A stretch of 64,000 bases of DNA from Chrysomallon squamiferum (Eukaryota > Animalia > Mollusca). Position numbers and translations under genes: made by a program. Below the pieces are notes generated by a model, which saw only the letters and a program-made list of their open reading frames with translations, did no database searches and was not told where the DNA came from. The stretch spans positions 1,054,001 to 1,118,000 of the forward strand of contig CM022673.1 in assembly GCA_012295275.1 (NCBI GenBank), written 5' to 3'. Position 1 is the stretch's first letter. Each line of letters opens with the position of its first letter. Shown here one piece after another: positions 40,101-53,789 of the stretch.

Positions 40101-42450
40101 TTCAGGGACATCCTTGGCAAACCGTAATAAGTTTATCAAACAAGAAGACATTCCTCACCTGATTCCTTTTTTCATGCTGTTGAACATCAGAAGGGCCCGG
40201 TTAGGTCGTGGAATTTTGGGGATTTTGGCCGATTTGCGAAATGTAAAGCCAAGTCCACGCGAACTCTGCTGAGGTCTCGAGTAGATCTTTGAGCTCCTTT
40301 TCAGAGTGTCCCCCAGCACAGAGGTCGACCCCGTGGAGGAGGCCTGTTAAAGTAACAACAGCACAGTTGTAATTAAAATATATAACAAATATGCATTCCA
40401 ATAATAACAAAACTTTAAAAAAAAAAAGTGAAAAATAATAAATAAAAGCAAATGAAAATTTTCATAAAGTGCTTTTAAATAACAATAGTTAAAAAATTCA
40501 GTAAGCACATTAACAAAGCTACATATATATATACATACATACATATATATCTATACACACACATACCCAAACACTCTTCTTTTTTTTTAATGTATTTATG
40601 AACATACGAGAACATGGACATTTATAGCTGTACATAATACAAACTTACACATACCCACATAAATAATAAAAATTAAAGAAAAAAGAGAAAGTAATAAATA
40701 AGATTAAAAAAACAAGTTAATAAGGGAAGAGGATAAGTAATAATTTACAGTTAAATAATTTAATGACTTTGCTATATTAATTTATAGTATTATTATTACT
40801 TATAATTTGAATTTGTAAAGTAAGAATTTTTGTTACTCATACAAGATAAAATTTAAAAAAATTAAAATTTTAAAATTTAAATCGTATAAAAGATATTATA
40901 CAGCTGAACAATTTAACAAAATGTTTCAATTAATTCAGTCAATAATCTGTTTTATTTATTGTTCATTATTAATCATCTTCCATTACTATTATTATTATTA
41001 TTATTATTTGATTTTAAAAAAACAACAACTAATGAACACATCTGACAACAAACAAACTGCAGAATTACACTGACATTACAAACAGATGTCATCACTTGAT
41101 AAAAACTAAACTGACAGACAAAAATAATTTCCCATTAAAAACGTTTTTAGTTCAGATATCTGAGAACATGAATTTCCTGCTATCAGTGGCACTGTCCAAC
41201 ATAGATCAAAGAATACTTAAAATATTTTTTCCAAAAATAAACAAAATGGACTTCCATGCAGCTGTAACATGATAAAAACAATCAATTTTGTTTTTCCTGG
41301 TCATGTAAGTTTCAGGTTGTGTATCTTCAAGACGTTTTTAACATAGGAATAAATTAGCAAACAGAACATAAAAATATACCAGCAAGTAGATTTCATCCAG
41401 AATTTAAAGTAACAGTATTTTAAAAATAAAATGAAATACAGTTAAAATTTTCTCCGACAATAGAAAAAAATAATAATAATAAAATTAATAATTGTAATAG
41501 AAATAATTAAAAATAAATAAAAATAAAACAAATATAAAAAATGTACTTTTATTTCAAATTTAAATAGTTAGTCCAAAAGGAGATATTTTTCTTTTTCAAA
41601 TATTATTTAATTTAAACCTACCGTACATGGGTTTTTGTACTAAATTAAATTATACTTTCATAATTTATTTATTTATTATGTTACTAATATATCAAACCTT
41701 CTGAGAATTCTCTAGATTTAAGGTCACAGTATTTCATTATTGTGTTCATTTGGTGATTAAAAATTCATTTTGTGATTGTATTTTGTTTGATTTATATGAC
41801 CATACTTCTATTGACAAAAAGACTGTCAATGCATACAGCATTGTGTTTGTTATGTCTAACAACAGATGATAAATCAAGATTTTAATTAATTTCTTTTTTT
41901 TTTTTTCTTTTTCTTTTTCCCATATGATTCATTAGAGTTTATTTATGAACAGAGATTTTGTTAATTTTGTTTCATAAATTGTTGTTTTTTTATTATATAT
42001 TTTTGATTATTATTATTTTTATTTCATTTATTATTTTATTTTATTTTATTTTAGTTTTACTACTTGTTACATTTTTAAAATTATATATTATTGATTTATT
42101 TAAAATTATTTTATTTTTACTTTACGCTAATTTACTTTATTATTTTCAATTCTTTATTTCTTTAAAATTTCATTTTCCATTACTGTGTTTTAATTTATTT
42201 TTATTTTCAATTTTAATGTTAATTTGTATTTATATTTTATCTATATTTTTTAATAATTTTAAATTTTAAATTTATCTTATTTACATACATATATATTTTT
42301 TTTGTTTGTTTTTGTATTTATCTGACTAACCTGGGATCTGACAGACATTCCGCCAAAGGAGTGGCTCCGCGTGACGTTGATCGCGCTGTGAGCCTTCGAC
42401 TCCTTCACCGATATGTTTCCATCATGGCTGTCTAGCAGTGTGCGTGTCAT
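21529..42450 (-). CDS. RIPOR: Rho family-interacting cell polarization regulator (RIPOR/FAM65 family), 22 coding exons, about 914 aa; 1-nt frameshift in exon 20
   Basis: Family motifs [70 protein letters not shown] and a C-terminal HEAT-like region ending GESGRQAYEE. All introns are GT-AG with consistent phases except one extra base in 23238-23322; exons sum to 2746 nt (3x915+1). Confidence 0.92.
22037..22130 (-). CDS. RIPOR: RIPOR exon 21
   Basis: ASESTDQLIFVCQADSSSTVRRKAKEALFSL. Confidence 0.9.
22735..23161. mobile_element. Non-autonomous TIR element (MITE, Tigger/pogo-like ends) in RIPOR intron 20
   Basis: Left end CTGTTGACCCTTGATTTCACAGAC and right end GTTTGTAAAATCAAGGGTCAACAG are inverted repeats of about 24 bp; TA flanks the right, CA the left; no ORF. 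Confidence 0.8.
23238..23322 (-). CDS. RIPOR: RIPOR exon 20 (85 nt; one base too long)
   Basis: AMIIFVEALEDQIP in frame 0, then EVRAGACVALSVLE in frame +1. Confidence 0.88.
23684..23730 (-). CDS. RIPOR: RIPOR exon 19
   Basis: ASYLKVISRNKVTRDK. Confidence 0.88.
24320..24469 (-). CDS. RIPOR: RIPOR exon 18
   Basis: ISLADRLCSANPDQVIKAILTLKEELPRPTCLKVVGMLLVASQREIQQSA. Confidence 0.9.
24481..24756. repeat. 31-bp minisatellite, 9 copies
   Basis: Unit AGATTATGTATTT(A/G)TAACAGGTAAAACACA(G/A), contiguous with no spacers. Confidence 0.95.
24960..25210. repeat. Degenerate AT-rich minisatellite (period about 26-30 bp)
   Basis: Recurrent TATAAATGATGATATATGAAA-like unit. Confidence 0.6.
25231..25380 (-). 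CDS. RIPOR: RIPOR exon 17
   Basis: VFSYVMGKILD...VIVTLHQFITYF...EQIAED. Confidence 0.9.
25660..25818 (-). CDS. RIPOR: RIPOR exon 16
   Basis: VMTELTDDKSLREFWVTCVD...ENFDVSPVR. Confidence 0.88.
26069..26198 (-). CDS. RIPOR: RIPOR exon 15
   Basis: NLGNFGPLKCREFYALDKLQKQAKILENLLKIARAGPDIDLHP. Confidence 0.9.
26568..26784 (-). CDS. RIPOR: RIPOR exon 14
   Basis: GSRRCSIDQMLASP...[25 protein letters not shown]. Confidence 0.9.
26999..27117 (-). CDS. RIPOR: RIPOR exon 13
   Basis: [39 protein letters not shown]. Confidence 0.92.
27502..27930 (-). CDS. RIPOR: RIPOR exon 12
   Basis: SDSFGDLTGPERRYSSP...LEDFLGQYNELQKLEEVVLSMEHFIR; 429 nt. Confidence 0.9.
27955..28001. repeat. (GAT)n microsatellite
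   Basis: Directly visible. Confidence 0.9.
28525..28633 (-). CDS. RIPOR: RIPOR exon 11
   Basis: PLDGMDDNLTFFETPLKPAGTPRRRPVSVLEVNGQL. Confidence 0.88.
28981..29126 (-). CDS. RIPOR: RIPOR exon 10
   Basis: AVEVRSFKSVLLGQKNCEIKDLFSANPQLMTVSINFNGSLKLSIIITW. Confidence 0.92.
29185..29880. repeat. Diverged tandem repeat, unit about 117 bp, about 6 copies, in RIPOR intron 9
   Basis: Anchor ACCCAAACTTG.CTAATAATAAAGTAACA.ACCTAA recurs near 29186, 29295, 29411, 29531, 29647 and 29763. Confidence 0.85.
30258..30427 (-). CDS. RIPOR: RIPOR exon 9
   Basis: [31 protein letters not shown]...EVLSLK. Confidence 0.95.
30868..30931 (-). CDS. RIPOR: RIPOR exon 8
   Basis: TLCAIEAQLENMLGTFHCKLK. Confidence 0.9.
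31311..31405 (-). CDS. RIPOR: RIPOR exon 7
   Basis: GARTMARAYTASPGNRKQSLTNVKYGYKECSQ. Confidence 0.9.
31650..31698 (-). CDS. RIPOR: RIPOR exon 6
   Basis: IDELHDCYLVHQQLRE. Confidence 0.9.
32169..32222 (-). CDS. RIPOR: RIPOR exon 5
   Basis: [18 protein letters not shown]. Confidence 0.92.
35746..35769 (-). CDS. RIPOR: RIPOR exon 4 (24-nt microexon)
   Basis: TTTTAG|GGCAAAGTTCATGAAATTGAAAAG|GTAATA encodes GKVHEIEK. Confidence 0.75.
36792..36864 (-). CDS. RIPOR: RIPOR exon 3
   Basis: EFIQVTQDDIVHLQSGEANTSTAQ; phase 2-0. Confidence 0.85.
40159..40343 (-). CDS. RIPOR: RIPOR exon 2
   Basis: ASSTGSTSVLGDTLKRSSK...KIPKIPRPNRALLMFNSMKKGIR. Confidence 0.9.
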
Positions 42451-42464
42451 TGAGGATGGTGGGT
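42331..42464 (-). CDS. RIPOR: RIPOR coding exon 1 (internal exon; ATG at 42450)
   Basis: PPSSMTRTLLDSHDGNISVKESKAHSAINVTRSHSFGGMSVRSQ; acceptor TTTCAG, donor GTTAGT. Confidence 0.85.
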
Positions 42465-43029
42465 CTGAAAGACACAGAGAAGTTCAAAATAAGATGACAA
42501 CAACAACAACAACAACAATGAAAACAGAAGTATAGTAGTAGTAGTTATAAAAGTATTACTATTAGAAGTGATAGTAGAATAATAATAAAAATAGTTCTAG
42601 TAAAACGAAAACAATAATTCTACTACCCGAACTACTACTACTACTAAGAATAATAATAATAATAATAGTAGTAAGTAGAAATTATTATCAATTATATATA
42701 TATATATATATATATAAAATGTATTTTTTATGTCAGAGGTATACATTAAGAGTAAAAGCAAAAATAAAATATATTCAGAGTTAATTTTTGATAATGGTCT
42801 GTAATTAATGTATAAATCTGTATAATTAATATGAAATCTAGAAATAAAATCATTAACAGCTGAAGGTAAAAACAGAATAGAATACACTAATCGAAATAAC
42901 ACATTAAAAATGGATTTGAAAAAAATTAAAGAAAAAATTAAAAATAATAATAACAATAACATGCAGAACTGGAACTAATTTGAAAAAAACAATTGTTTTA
43001 ATCCTTATTAAATGAATGCTGAGCTAGAC

Positions 43030-43270
43030 AAGTGATAGCTCAATAGCACCTCAGCACATATTTACAGTTATTATTGTCCAATATTTCGTTAACAGCAGTT
43101 TCAGAAACAAAACCCAAAGTAGGCCGCTTTTATCAGTTGGCAACAAGAATACTTTTAAATGCATTTACATAGGTAAAAAGAAAAAGGTAAAATTTCAACA
43201 GAATACTGGGGCATTTTTACACAAGATCAGAGTACAAACTGTCCAATGAGCACACTAAAGAGGACTGATC
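43030..43270 (-). mobile_element. Degenerate SINE copy related to 53790-54056
   Basis: Reverse complement contains TGCATTTAAAAGTATTCTTGTTGCCAACTGATAAAAGCGGCCTAC..GGGTTTT, resembling the core of the plus-strand copy. Confidence 0.4.
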
Positions 43271-43935
43271 TTAAAACTTTTTCTTTTCTCCTTAGGTAAG
43301 AGCTCTTTCTTTGAGCAACTAAAATATGGTTTTAAAGTAAACTTGTTAACAGCATGCAATATAACATCTAAAATAACTCTGATAATCACAAATTATTTCA
43401 GCAGTAACTAAACTTTCTGTAATGATATAAAACGATCAAGATTTAATATAAGTTCTGTAACCTGTTGGCATATTAATGGGCAAATTTCCATCACATTTGC
43501 CCATAATGGCAATATCTTATGGAGAGACTGCATCTTTTATCAGTATTAATGTCATATACCACTTTGTATAATGCTATCCTGGGAGATGAAGCTGGTTCAT
43601 ATATAATTGAGTGATTTTTGGGACTCGCACTGTGAAACGAGAATTAACCAGACACCAAGTTGATTATTTTTACAGTTCACATTAATTATTCAGTTTTCTA
43701 TACTAACTGAAAACAATAGAACAGATGGTATTACATACAGAGTTCTATATGACTAGTAAATATCAAATGAACAGTAATTTTTAATAGAAATAAATATTGT
43801 GCTCTCTGTTCAAATAACAAGAAAATTCTACAAAAATGTTATCTAATTTCTGCACAAATTGAAAAAGATATTACATTAAAACTTTATAGATATATTCACT
43901 CACAAAAACAAACATTCAAAAACATACAGGCTACA

Positions 43936-43974
<39 letters not shown>

Positions 43975-45886
43975 TGAACACAAACACACACACAGACACA
44001 CACAAACACACACACACAAACACACACACAAGCAAGCACTCACTCACTCACTCACTCACTCACTCTTTCTTACTTTCGTACATTGTAACTGAACCAGTAA
44101 TACTAATACACCTCAACTTCAAAATATCAATGTTTAGAACTGTACTTTCTAACCTATCAATGTATTGAAATCTTATCTCATCCACAGCCACACCCAACTA
44201 ATATTTTATTAACAGTCATATACCGGACATGGTTAATCAATGAACACATTTTCATAAATACTTCTAGTAGCTTAGTTATTACTTCAAGATTATTAAGAAG
44301 AAAGAAAAAAAAAACTGAAGGACAAAAGGCAAAGCTGTACTTGTTGTAATGCTTGCTAACTAGCATGTCCCAGTCAGGAATGAAGGAACATAAATTATGC
44401 TTGCATCAAGCTACATTACTGGCATACTAAATGACATTAGTTTGTCAGCATAATCATGTAACCATTTTGCCCGAATTCTGACAGAAAAAAGAAAAAAAAT
44501 GACATTAACATACCAAAAGAACAAAACAATAACAGATAAATGTCATCATTTCTACAACTGAACCTTTTGATTTTTATTACATCACATGTTCATAATGTTT
44601 GTTTTTGTTGAGGTTTTGGGGGGTTTTTTTTGTTGTTTGTTTTTGATGTTCATAACTTTGTAAATGCAGCTGACATTATTTTTGACTTTTGTTATCTTAT
44701 ATAAACATTGTAAAATTTATAAAATAAAATACATTTAAAAAATAGATAAATAAATAAAATAAATTAATGTAAAATAAAATAAATTTCACATTACTTGCAC
44801 TAAATCTGTAGTTATTTTTATTTTATACAATTCATAAAGAATTTAAAAATCATATTGTAAGAAATGTCTGTCACTGTGATTTAGATTATTATTTTGGATA
44901 TTGAAGTACTTGTCCCAATACAAAAAGATTAGTAAATATGATCAACAAGTTATTGAGAACAATGATGCTGGTGATGATAACGATGATCAAAATAGTAACA
45001 GTAAAAGTATTTAATAAATATTAACTATTATTATTATGATTATGTATCCTAAAAGTGTAAAAATTTCCATGGCTATTTACCATTCAACATATTCCTCACC
45101 ACTTGTTCATTAAAGCCGTTACCACACATATTCACACTCTATATGAAAAGTGTATACAGAAGATTTTTGCTACACAATGTAAGTATTCCCTGGAATGGCA
45201 GGTGAAAATTTGCCATTATCAAAAACAAACAATTGTTACTTTTTAGCTGTAAACATTAAAAACATGCTGAAGTGTAATCAAAGTTTCATTCATTTACTTT
45301 TTAAAACATAACTTGTCAAAATGAACTTTTGACTTAAATGTTACTGGCTTAATCATGTGGTGTCACGACCAGGTTAATTTGAAAAAAGTTAATTTTAAAT
45401 CTCTTTACTATCTGAAGTTACAACTACACACACACACAATTATTTTTTTTACTTGTTACAGCTAAAATAATGCTCTTTTTAAATTAAAAATTCTGATCAC
45501 ATTTAATTGAAATGATAGAATTTCTTGTTTTTACATTATAGCAATATCATGAGAATATGTATATATATTCTTTAAAATTCCTTATATTAGATTTATTTAT
45601 CATCAACAACATTAAATTAATCTATTTACTAATTTAGTTATATCATTTTAGATTATATTTCTTCATAACTTAAAATAATAATAATAATAATAATAATAAT
45701 TAAATAAATTTTATTTTTGAAAAAACACAACAAAAAAAACCAATAAATAATTTAAAATAAAACAAAAACAAGTCACACACTAACATAACATAGAACAAGT
45801 AATCATTAACTGAGAATAATAAACACAGTTCCACATCATTTAATAACAACATCCTAAACCTATTACAATAATCAGATTAAACTCAC

Positions 45887-46100
45887 CTTCCTGCCGATTT
45901 AAATCCGAAGGAGAAAAACAACAACACCTAGTGTATGAAATATTAACTTATAGTCCAAACAGTATACTCAAGCGAACGACTAATCAAGAAATGCGGATGG
46001 GAAAAATTATCTCAGGTATTTCTACTTCAGGATCATAATTACGCATACATGAACCTATCACAGCACACCCTCTTTCAAAACACTGAGCAAACAATGAATA
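45887..46100 (-). other. Candidate non-coding alternative first exon of RIPOR
   Basis: Consensus donor AAG|GTGAGT at 45887/45886 below a relatively CpG-rich stretch; no in-frame ATG; 5' boundary unknown. Confidence 0.4.
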
Positions 46101-49100
46101 AAACTCCCTGCTTCACTCACACCTAAATTAGCATGCTTTAAATTGCATAATTCACCGTCACTATCAGCGGGTTAACACATGTTTGTGTACCACAAAAGAT
46201 TACACATCTCTACACATGATATGTATTGTTTGACTACACCTTAGTACGATTATCTGCAACGTTTACTCAATGTATCAACTGTTCGGCCATGTTTACTGTG
46301 AAAATGCCTCAGCGACAGAGCCGGGGAAACCACTGTGTTTCTGTGTAACAGATGTCCAGCACAGTCACGCAGTAACACAGCACAACATGTAACCTGTCAG
46401 TCAAACACTCAGATCAATCACACTGATAAAGATATTTTAACTATATATGTATGTATGTATGTATGTGTGTGTGTTTGTATGTGAATGTGTCTATACAGTT
46501 ATGTATTTAAGAGCATACATAATTAGACACACCCACACATACAAACACATGCAGATCTATTTACAAATGTTACATGTTTCTCACTTTTTTATTTTTTTCA
46601 TTTGTTAGCACATGTGTGTGCACGTGTGTGTGTGTGTGTGTACATTATCATATACATACAAACAATTAAGTATGTACACAAAAACACATACAAGATGAAC
46701 ATACACATACACAAAAACATATACATATTCAAATAAATGTGTGGTGCATAAAATGCCAATACAAATAAAAATGAAATGAAAATTGTTTGTTGAAACTTAT
46801 TTATAAAGATTTATTTATTAACTTATAAACAAAAAAAATTTAAATTTAAAAAATTATATTTGCCAAATGACAGCTTTGACTTTCTGCTGATTTTTATTTT
46901 ATTTTAGCCCAAAAGTAAGTTAATCATGATTAATTATAAACTTGTTTGATGCTGGACACTTATTAATGACCCAAGTGTTTAATATACATGTACATTTTTA
47001 CTGCTTCAGGTGTTAATCCTTCAGTCCCCTTGAGTCTAGACTCAAGTTTTTGTACTCTTAAATCTACATGTAAATCCCTGAGTATGTAAGTAAATGTAAC
47101 AGATTCTGCCTAAATAAAGCCTTGAGAATATTTGTTTGTAGGTGCCTCTTTTATGTATATGAAGGTGCATACAAGAGCATGTGTGTATGTGTATGTGTTT
47201 GTGTGTATGTGTGTGTGTGTGAGTGTGTGTGAGTGTGTGTGTGTGTGTGTGTGTGTTGATAATCTGTCTGTGATTATGGGTGCGAGAATTATGTGCATGC
47301 ACGAACATTTGTGTGTGTACACATACATCTACATTTGTATATGTGCACAAACACATGTATGTGTGTGTGTGCGTGAGTGCATGCATGTCCATGTGTACAT
47401 TCTACTTATGATAATTATGTGAAAATGTTACAAGTGCTAATCTGTTTTTGTTTCTTTTAAGTTATTCCATTTCCTTTTTCTCTCTTTTCCTTTATTAAAA
47501 ACAGATATTTGACTAAAAATAAGATTTATCCTAGTCTGTTATTAATAATCCTGAAAAACAGGTTATGTTTGCAAAGATTAAATAACGCAACATTTACTTA
47601 ATGCTACTGTATGTGCAGAAAAGCAATATGATGTTTATTTACTTCTCAAAGACCATTGTATTTAACACAATGACAAAGAGCTTGTATGTTTAATTATAAC
47701 TTTCTAAATGTAAATAGTTTCATCCTGTGGACAAAAAAATAAACACACAGAAATAGACTAATGGCAAGACTGGGAAAACAATAAAACAAAAATAAGCAAT
47801 TAAAAAAAAAAGTTTATAAAATTCTGAAAAATAAAATAAAAAAATAAAAAAAATATTTTGAATACAAAGATGAACCCAGAAAATGTTTGTTTGTTTTTTA
47901 ATATCTACAAAAAAATAGTTTATTTATTTAAAATGAAGCATGTTGTCTATCAGTTTTTATTTTTTATTATTCTTTTTTTTTCTGATAAATTAATTTTTTT
48001 TCATTTTACTTGTTTTATTTATATTAAAAAAAAAAAAAATAAATAAAAATTAGTATTTTAATGCATTAATATTTAAAACCATTTTTAATAAATCCTTTTC
48101 AACTAGTTATTTTTAAGAACAATTTCCTTTAACATTCAATCATATATTAACATTCATTCTGTCAGATATATGACAAATCCAAAACACCCTAGTTAACCAA
48201 GAAAAATCCATGTATGTATCCATCAAAAAGGGATGTTTGATTGAGGAAGATAGACAGACAGACACACAGACACAAAACACACACACAACTTCCTATTAAA
48301 AATGACTAATTGTTGTTAATATATCTGTCTTATTTCCCCTCACATGTCATCAAAATGTTATGAAAAAGTTATGAAGTGAATTAGATGAAATATTAAATAA
48401 CGGACACGAGACTGAAACATGACTCAATGACATATATCATATATGTTTATATATATGAGTACATGACAATAATATAATAAATATAATCTATAAAAAAAAG
48501 AAATTTTTAGCTACTGTTGGTTTATGGTAGAATAGAAGAATAATGTTAAAAAGAAATAAAAAACAGAAAATATAATAAAATAAATTAAATAAAAATAATA
48601 ATAAAAACAACAATAATAATAGAACATTAAACTGGTGTAAAAAGGAAGAAAGATTAACAAACTGTTCTGCTTTATATTTAACTCTAAATTACTGACAATT
48701 TCATAACACCTCAACAATTCTTTTATATTAATTATTAAACCAGTTAATTTTTAATTTTTTAATTATTTAATTCCTTTAACTAAAAAATACCTCCAGTAAA
48801 TGGTGTAAGCTAAACTCTCTCATTTGAATTCTCAGATGTACTTACATAAATTATGTGCACAAACTGTATCAGATCTATACCTTATTATTTACACTATTAT
48901 ATTTTTACTATTAATAAATGACAAAATGATAATGATAGATCCATTTTAACAAGAATTTAGCCTAATTATACATATATAAGACTGTGATATTCAGGGCATT
49001 TTAGATTTCATGTGTAACAACTGTATCAGTTAGTATTATACAAACGTTCAGTTTTAATGTTGGCTGCTGTTTTTTATGAGCACAGCATTTATATATTCAT

Positions 49101-51759
49101 TTAGTATGCACAAAATTAAGTGCTCATATCTAATGCTAAATAATGGAAGATATCCAGCATATCCATCTTGAAAAAAAAAAAAAAAAAATGTGTGTGTGTG
49201 TTGTGCGCGTGCGTGCATGAGAGAGAGAAAAAACTGTGCAACAACATATTTTAAATAGCAGCCATATATGTTAACCTAAAGTATGTCTTCCATTTTTTTT
49301 TTTTTTTTACTTTTTTTTTTTCTTTCAGTTCTAAGGCATCAATTAAACATTTTTAGAGTCATAAAAAAAACATACAAGCACACATTTATGAACACACCCA
49401 AATATGATATAAACCTACACACATTATTATCATAATCATCATCTGATCTAATGAGATCATCACCGATTACATCATCAAAAACGTCAGCATACCAAATGTT
49501 TTCAGTAACAAATAATATATATTTAAAAAAAAAATTATAATAAAAAAAAAGCTTTTACATATTCAGTCAAATCTGACACAACACAGGATGATTATAAATG
49601 AAGGCAACAATAACATGATTTGAGAGGCTTTTCAAATTGCCCAATTACCGTAATGTCAATAATACGAAGCTCAGTTTGAAAACTCGTGCAGTTGTATTTT
49701 GTCTGCACGTCCTGCTGTCAGCTGATAGCTGGAGTCCTGTTTCAGTAAATGTGCATCAGAATAAACAATGCTAGTGTTATACCTGCACTGTATTTATATA
49801 CACACTCCACAGCAGCTGTTTAACACAGGTAACATGCAAGCTGCATTCTGACTGCTTTACATATTAGAAAAAAAATGATTTAAAAATATATTCTTCTGAA
49901 ATGATTAAATACAGAGTTATTAGACATTTTCATTCTTGTGTACCTTAACTAATTATGAGATAGATTTTTGTTTGTTTAATGCTATGTTTCTTTATTGTAC
50001 TGTTTTGTATTCTGTTTGTTCAATTCTCTTCTATTATTTATTTAATTGATTTATTTATTGATTTCTTGATTTCTTCTTCTTCCTCTTCTTCTTCTTCTTA
50101 TTATTATTATTTATAGTAGTAGTAATAGTAGTAGTATTTTAAATGGATATTCTTATATATTTTACTTTTTACATGAAAGTTTAAAAAAATTATATATATA
50201 TAAATCCTCACATTTTAATTAATAACTTGCAAACATTTTTAATTTATTACACATTAGGTATGCAGCTACACAACCTGGTGGAAAATTGCACATGTAATTA
50301 AAAACATATATACTTTTACATAAAATAAAACTGTTTAATGGAAATCAGTGTGTTTTAAAATGGTGTGTATTACAAAAAGTACTAAATTAGTAAATATATT
50401 TATTTGCTAAGGGCAAAGTATTATACATTGTTTCTGCAGATCTATAAAATAATAAAAGAGATGGCTATATTGTAATGATCTTATTTATTTATTTATTTAT
50501 TTTTGTTGCTGTTTTGTTGTTGTTGGGTTATTTTATTTTATTTTTTTTAATATTAAGCTATATAAATGAATTTATCGTAATAATCACATTAATTTTCAGT
50601 TATGTTTTTTTTTTCAGTGATAGAGATTTAAGGATATAATACACATAAAATAATAATATTAACAACAACTATAATAAATTAAAAGTAACAAATTATTATG
50701 CTTATTGTGAATAAATAAACAATAACTTACTCCCTTACCTATCTCACCCCAGCACTCCCCCTTTGTTCATTTGGATCAGTTGCCCTTAGCAACAATAGGT
50801 GTATTTTAACTAGAAGCATGAAGAAATAATCAGGAACAGTATAAAATATTCAGCAGTTGGAGCACAAACATAAACAAAATTAACTGCTTTCAGCCTGTAC
50901 CTTCAAGTTGAGTAACAACACACAGTCTACAACTGCCTTGCCAATCACTTCTGAATTTTACAACAACAAACCAAAAACTGAATTAAACATAATATTAAGG
51001 AAAATAATCAGAATTCAAATCTCCACACACACACACACACATTTAAAAAAAAATAAAAATAAAACATTAAAAATATCATTTCAGATATTAACAACAACAA
51101 TAATAATAAACAAACCACTATAAAAAAAATAAAAAAAATAAAAAATACACAGACATGTAACAGAAACAAGAAAAGGCTAATTTATGTATTACGCCCCAGA
51201 TGATAAAGTTCCTAATTTATTATGCTCAAAGCTCTACAGGTATGTTTACTGTTCTTCTTCTTCTTCTTCTTATTATTATTATTAATATTATTAATCTTTT
51301 TACAAAAAACTGTATGGATATGGGTACTAAAATGCATTAAAGATACTAATATCCCAAAACATCATTTGATTATTTCTGCCATTTATTAATCAAGTAATGT
51401 TATGGACCTCATACCAACAACTAATTACCAAATGGATTTACACCAAATAACCTTTTCTCAAGCATGAAAGCATAAATATCAGATATGCACACATGCATAC
51501 ATGCACACAGATAGACTTGCAGTTAATATTACATTATTATTTACTTTATAATTTCAGAAAAAGTAGACATTTCATAAAACTTTAATTATTTTATGGTCAA
51601 AAAGATGTAGTGGTGAAAATGGAAATATTTTTGGATCATTTATAAATCAATATAGTTATCTGAAATAAATAAATAAATAAATATATCATTACATGGATAT
51701 TTAAACAAAAAGGTATTAACTTAAAAACAAATGGCAATCATTCAGTTTCTATTATAATG

Positions 51760-51762
<3 letters not shown>

Positions 51763-51812
<50 letters not shown>
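51763..51812. repeat. (TA)n microsatellite
   Basis: Directly visible. Confidence 0.9.
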
Positions 51813-51814
<2 letters not shown>

Positions 51815-53789
51815 AATGAACATTTGTTACATCAAAGTCTGTTAACAAGGACCTCTAGGGTTTTTATATATATATTTTTTTTTTTTGCTAATGTCTGCCA
51901 ATAAGTAAATATGGAAATCAAATCAAACAGAATATCATTCAGGTAATAATAAACACTACACTTTACAACTGACAGTTAAGTAAATAAGTATTTTAAAAAG
52001 ATGCATGACAGCATACCTGTGTTCACATGTCCAGCTAGTCATTAAGATCAGCGGTGAGTAAGAAGAACAACAGTGAAACACAGAACGATGATATCCTTCT
52101 ATTGTGTTAGCCATTCACATGACCTATTTCAAGAGAGTCATGTCTCCAGCCAGCAATACTGCCTGTAGAGTGCACGAAATATTATTCAGCCTGATATAAC
52201 CAAGTCACATGATTTGAGAAAACAGGTAGCAGTGCTTCAACAGCAGACTGTAACTGCTGACCCTCAACACACGCGCGCATGTGTTCACGATGGAACTGGC
52301 GAGTGCTTTCATGTGTTAAAAAAAAAAAAAAAAAAAAAATCCATGAACAATGTTCTGAGATAGATGAGTAATTATCTGTCGTAGAGCTGCAGTCGTGTCT
52401 TTCTCTCAGAACATCCTGACCAGACCTGTGACTTACTTCCTTCTGCAGCAAGGGCCAGATCCACAATGGTGAAAAGAGGAGTGACAGATAAATATATGGG
52501 CAACTGGTTTTATCTTTATGATGTCAAATGATTCTTTTAAAAAAAAAAATAAAAAAAAAAAAATGTTTCAGGGAAAATGTTCTTAACAGGAAAATGGAGA
52601 GAAAAAAAAAAATCTAAAGTTGTATATTTAGAACACATGCATGTAATATCAAAAACATTTGCCCAGTCTTCAAACGCATAACTGTGTAAAGAACTTGTTT
52701 TGAATCACAAACAGGAAAACATCCCTGGAATTATCTCCGTTTCATTTACATACAGTCAAACTTGAGTGTAACAACCACTCAAAGGACCAACAGAAAGTGG
52801 CTGTTATGAACAGGTGTACATACAGATGTATATATACTCATACATACATGTACACATACATACATACATATACACACACATACATACAGACATACATACA
52901 AGTAAGATACATATGAACACATTTGTACATTTATCGTCTTCCTTATTTTTCTTTATCTCACACAATTAGTGTAACTCTAAATATTCTATTTTTTTCATAT
53001 AAATTTAACTTAACAGATATTTCCAGACAGTGCTACTAACATTTAGGGTTTTGTTTTATATATATATATATATATATATATCAATAAATGAAAGTTAATA
53101 CACATATTTACAAGCCATTTATGAACTGTACAATAAAAATAATAAAAAAAAAAAAAAAAAAAAAAACCAGGTCAGTGATTTATAATATTTGATTTATTAT
53201 CACAAAAACATAATCCAAGAAGTAGGTTTATGACATACATAAGCTGACACCTATCATTTTCATGAATGAATTATTATTGCTCTAGGCCCAAGATGTTTTT
53301 TGTTGTTGTTATTTAATTTGTTCTACCTTTTTAAACATATTTTTTCATTATGTTAATAAATAATTTACATTTTATTACGTGCATTTTGTTTACATATTAA
53401 AGCTTATTCATACACATAGATACAGATGTATGCTACACATATGCATAAATGTGCACTCTCAAAACATACAATGTACATGGATGCAGGCACGAATGCATAT
53501 TCACACACACACACACACACATACATACATACATACACAGCACATCCCCCAGACAAAAAACATACATACACACAAATCCCCTCACAGACAGAATGACATT
53601 ACATCTTGCAGACACAAGAACATGAACATCAGTGTTGTAAATGAGGCAGGAAATGCAAACACAAAGTACAGACATGTATTGAATCAGGGAAGTAGCAGTC
53701 GCGGGCAAGAAAACAGTCAGTTGGTTCAGATAGCTGACAGCTTTAATTAAGGAAGAAGAAATTAAAGCATGTATACATACAACCAATAC

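Noticed and set aside
41958-48717. Numerous low-complexity ORFs rich in F/L/I/Y or H/T/C/V
   Set aside because: They are translations of AT-rich intron DNA and (CA)n/(TG)n microsatellites.
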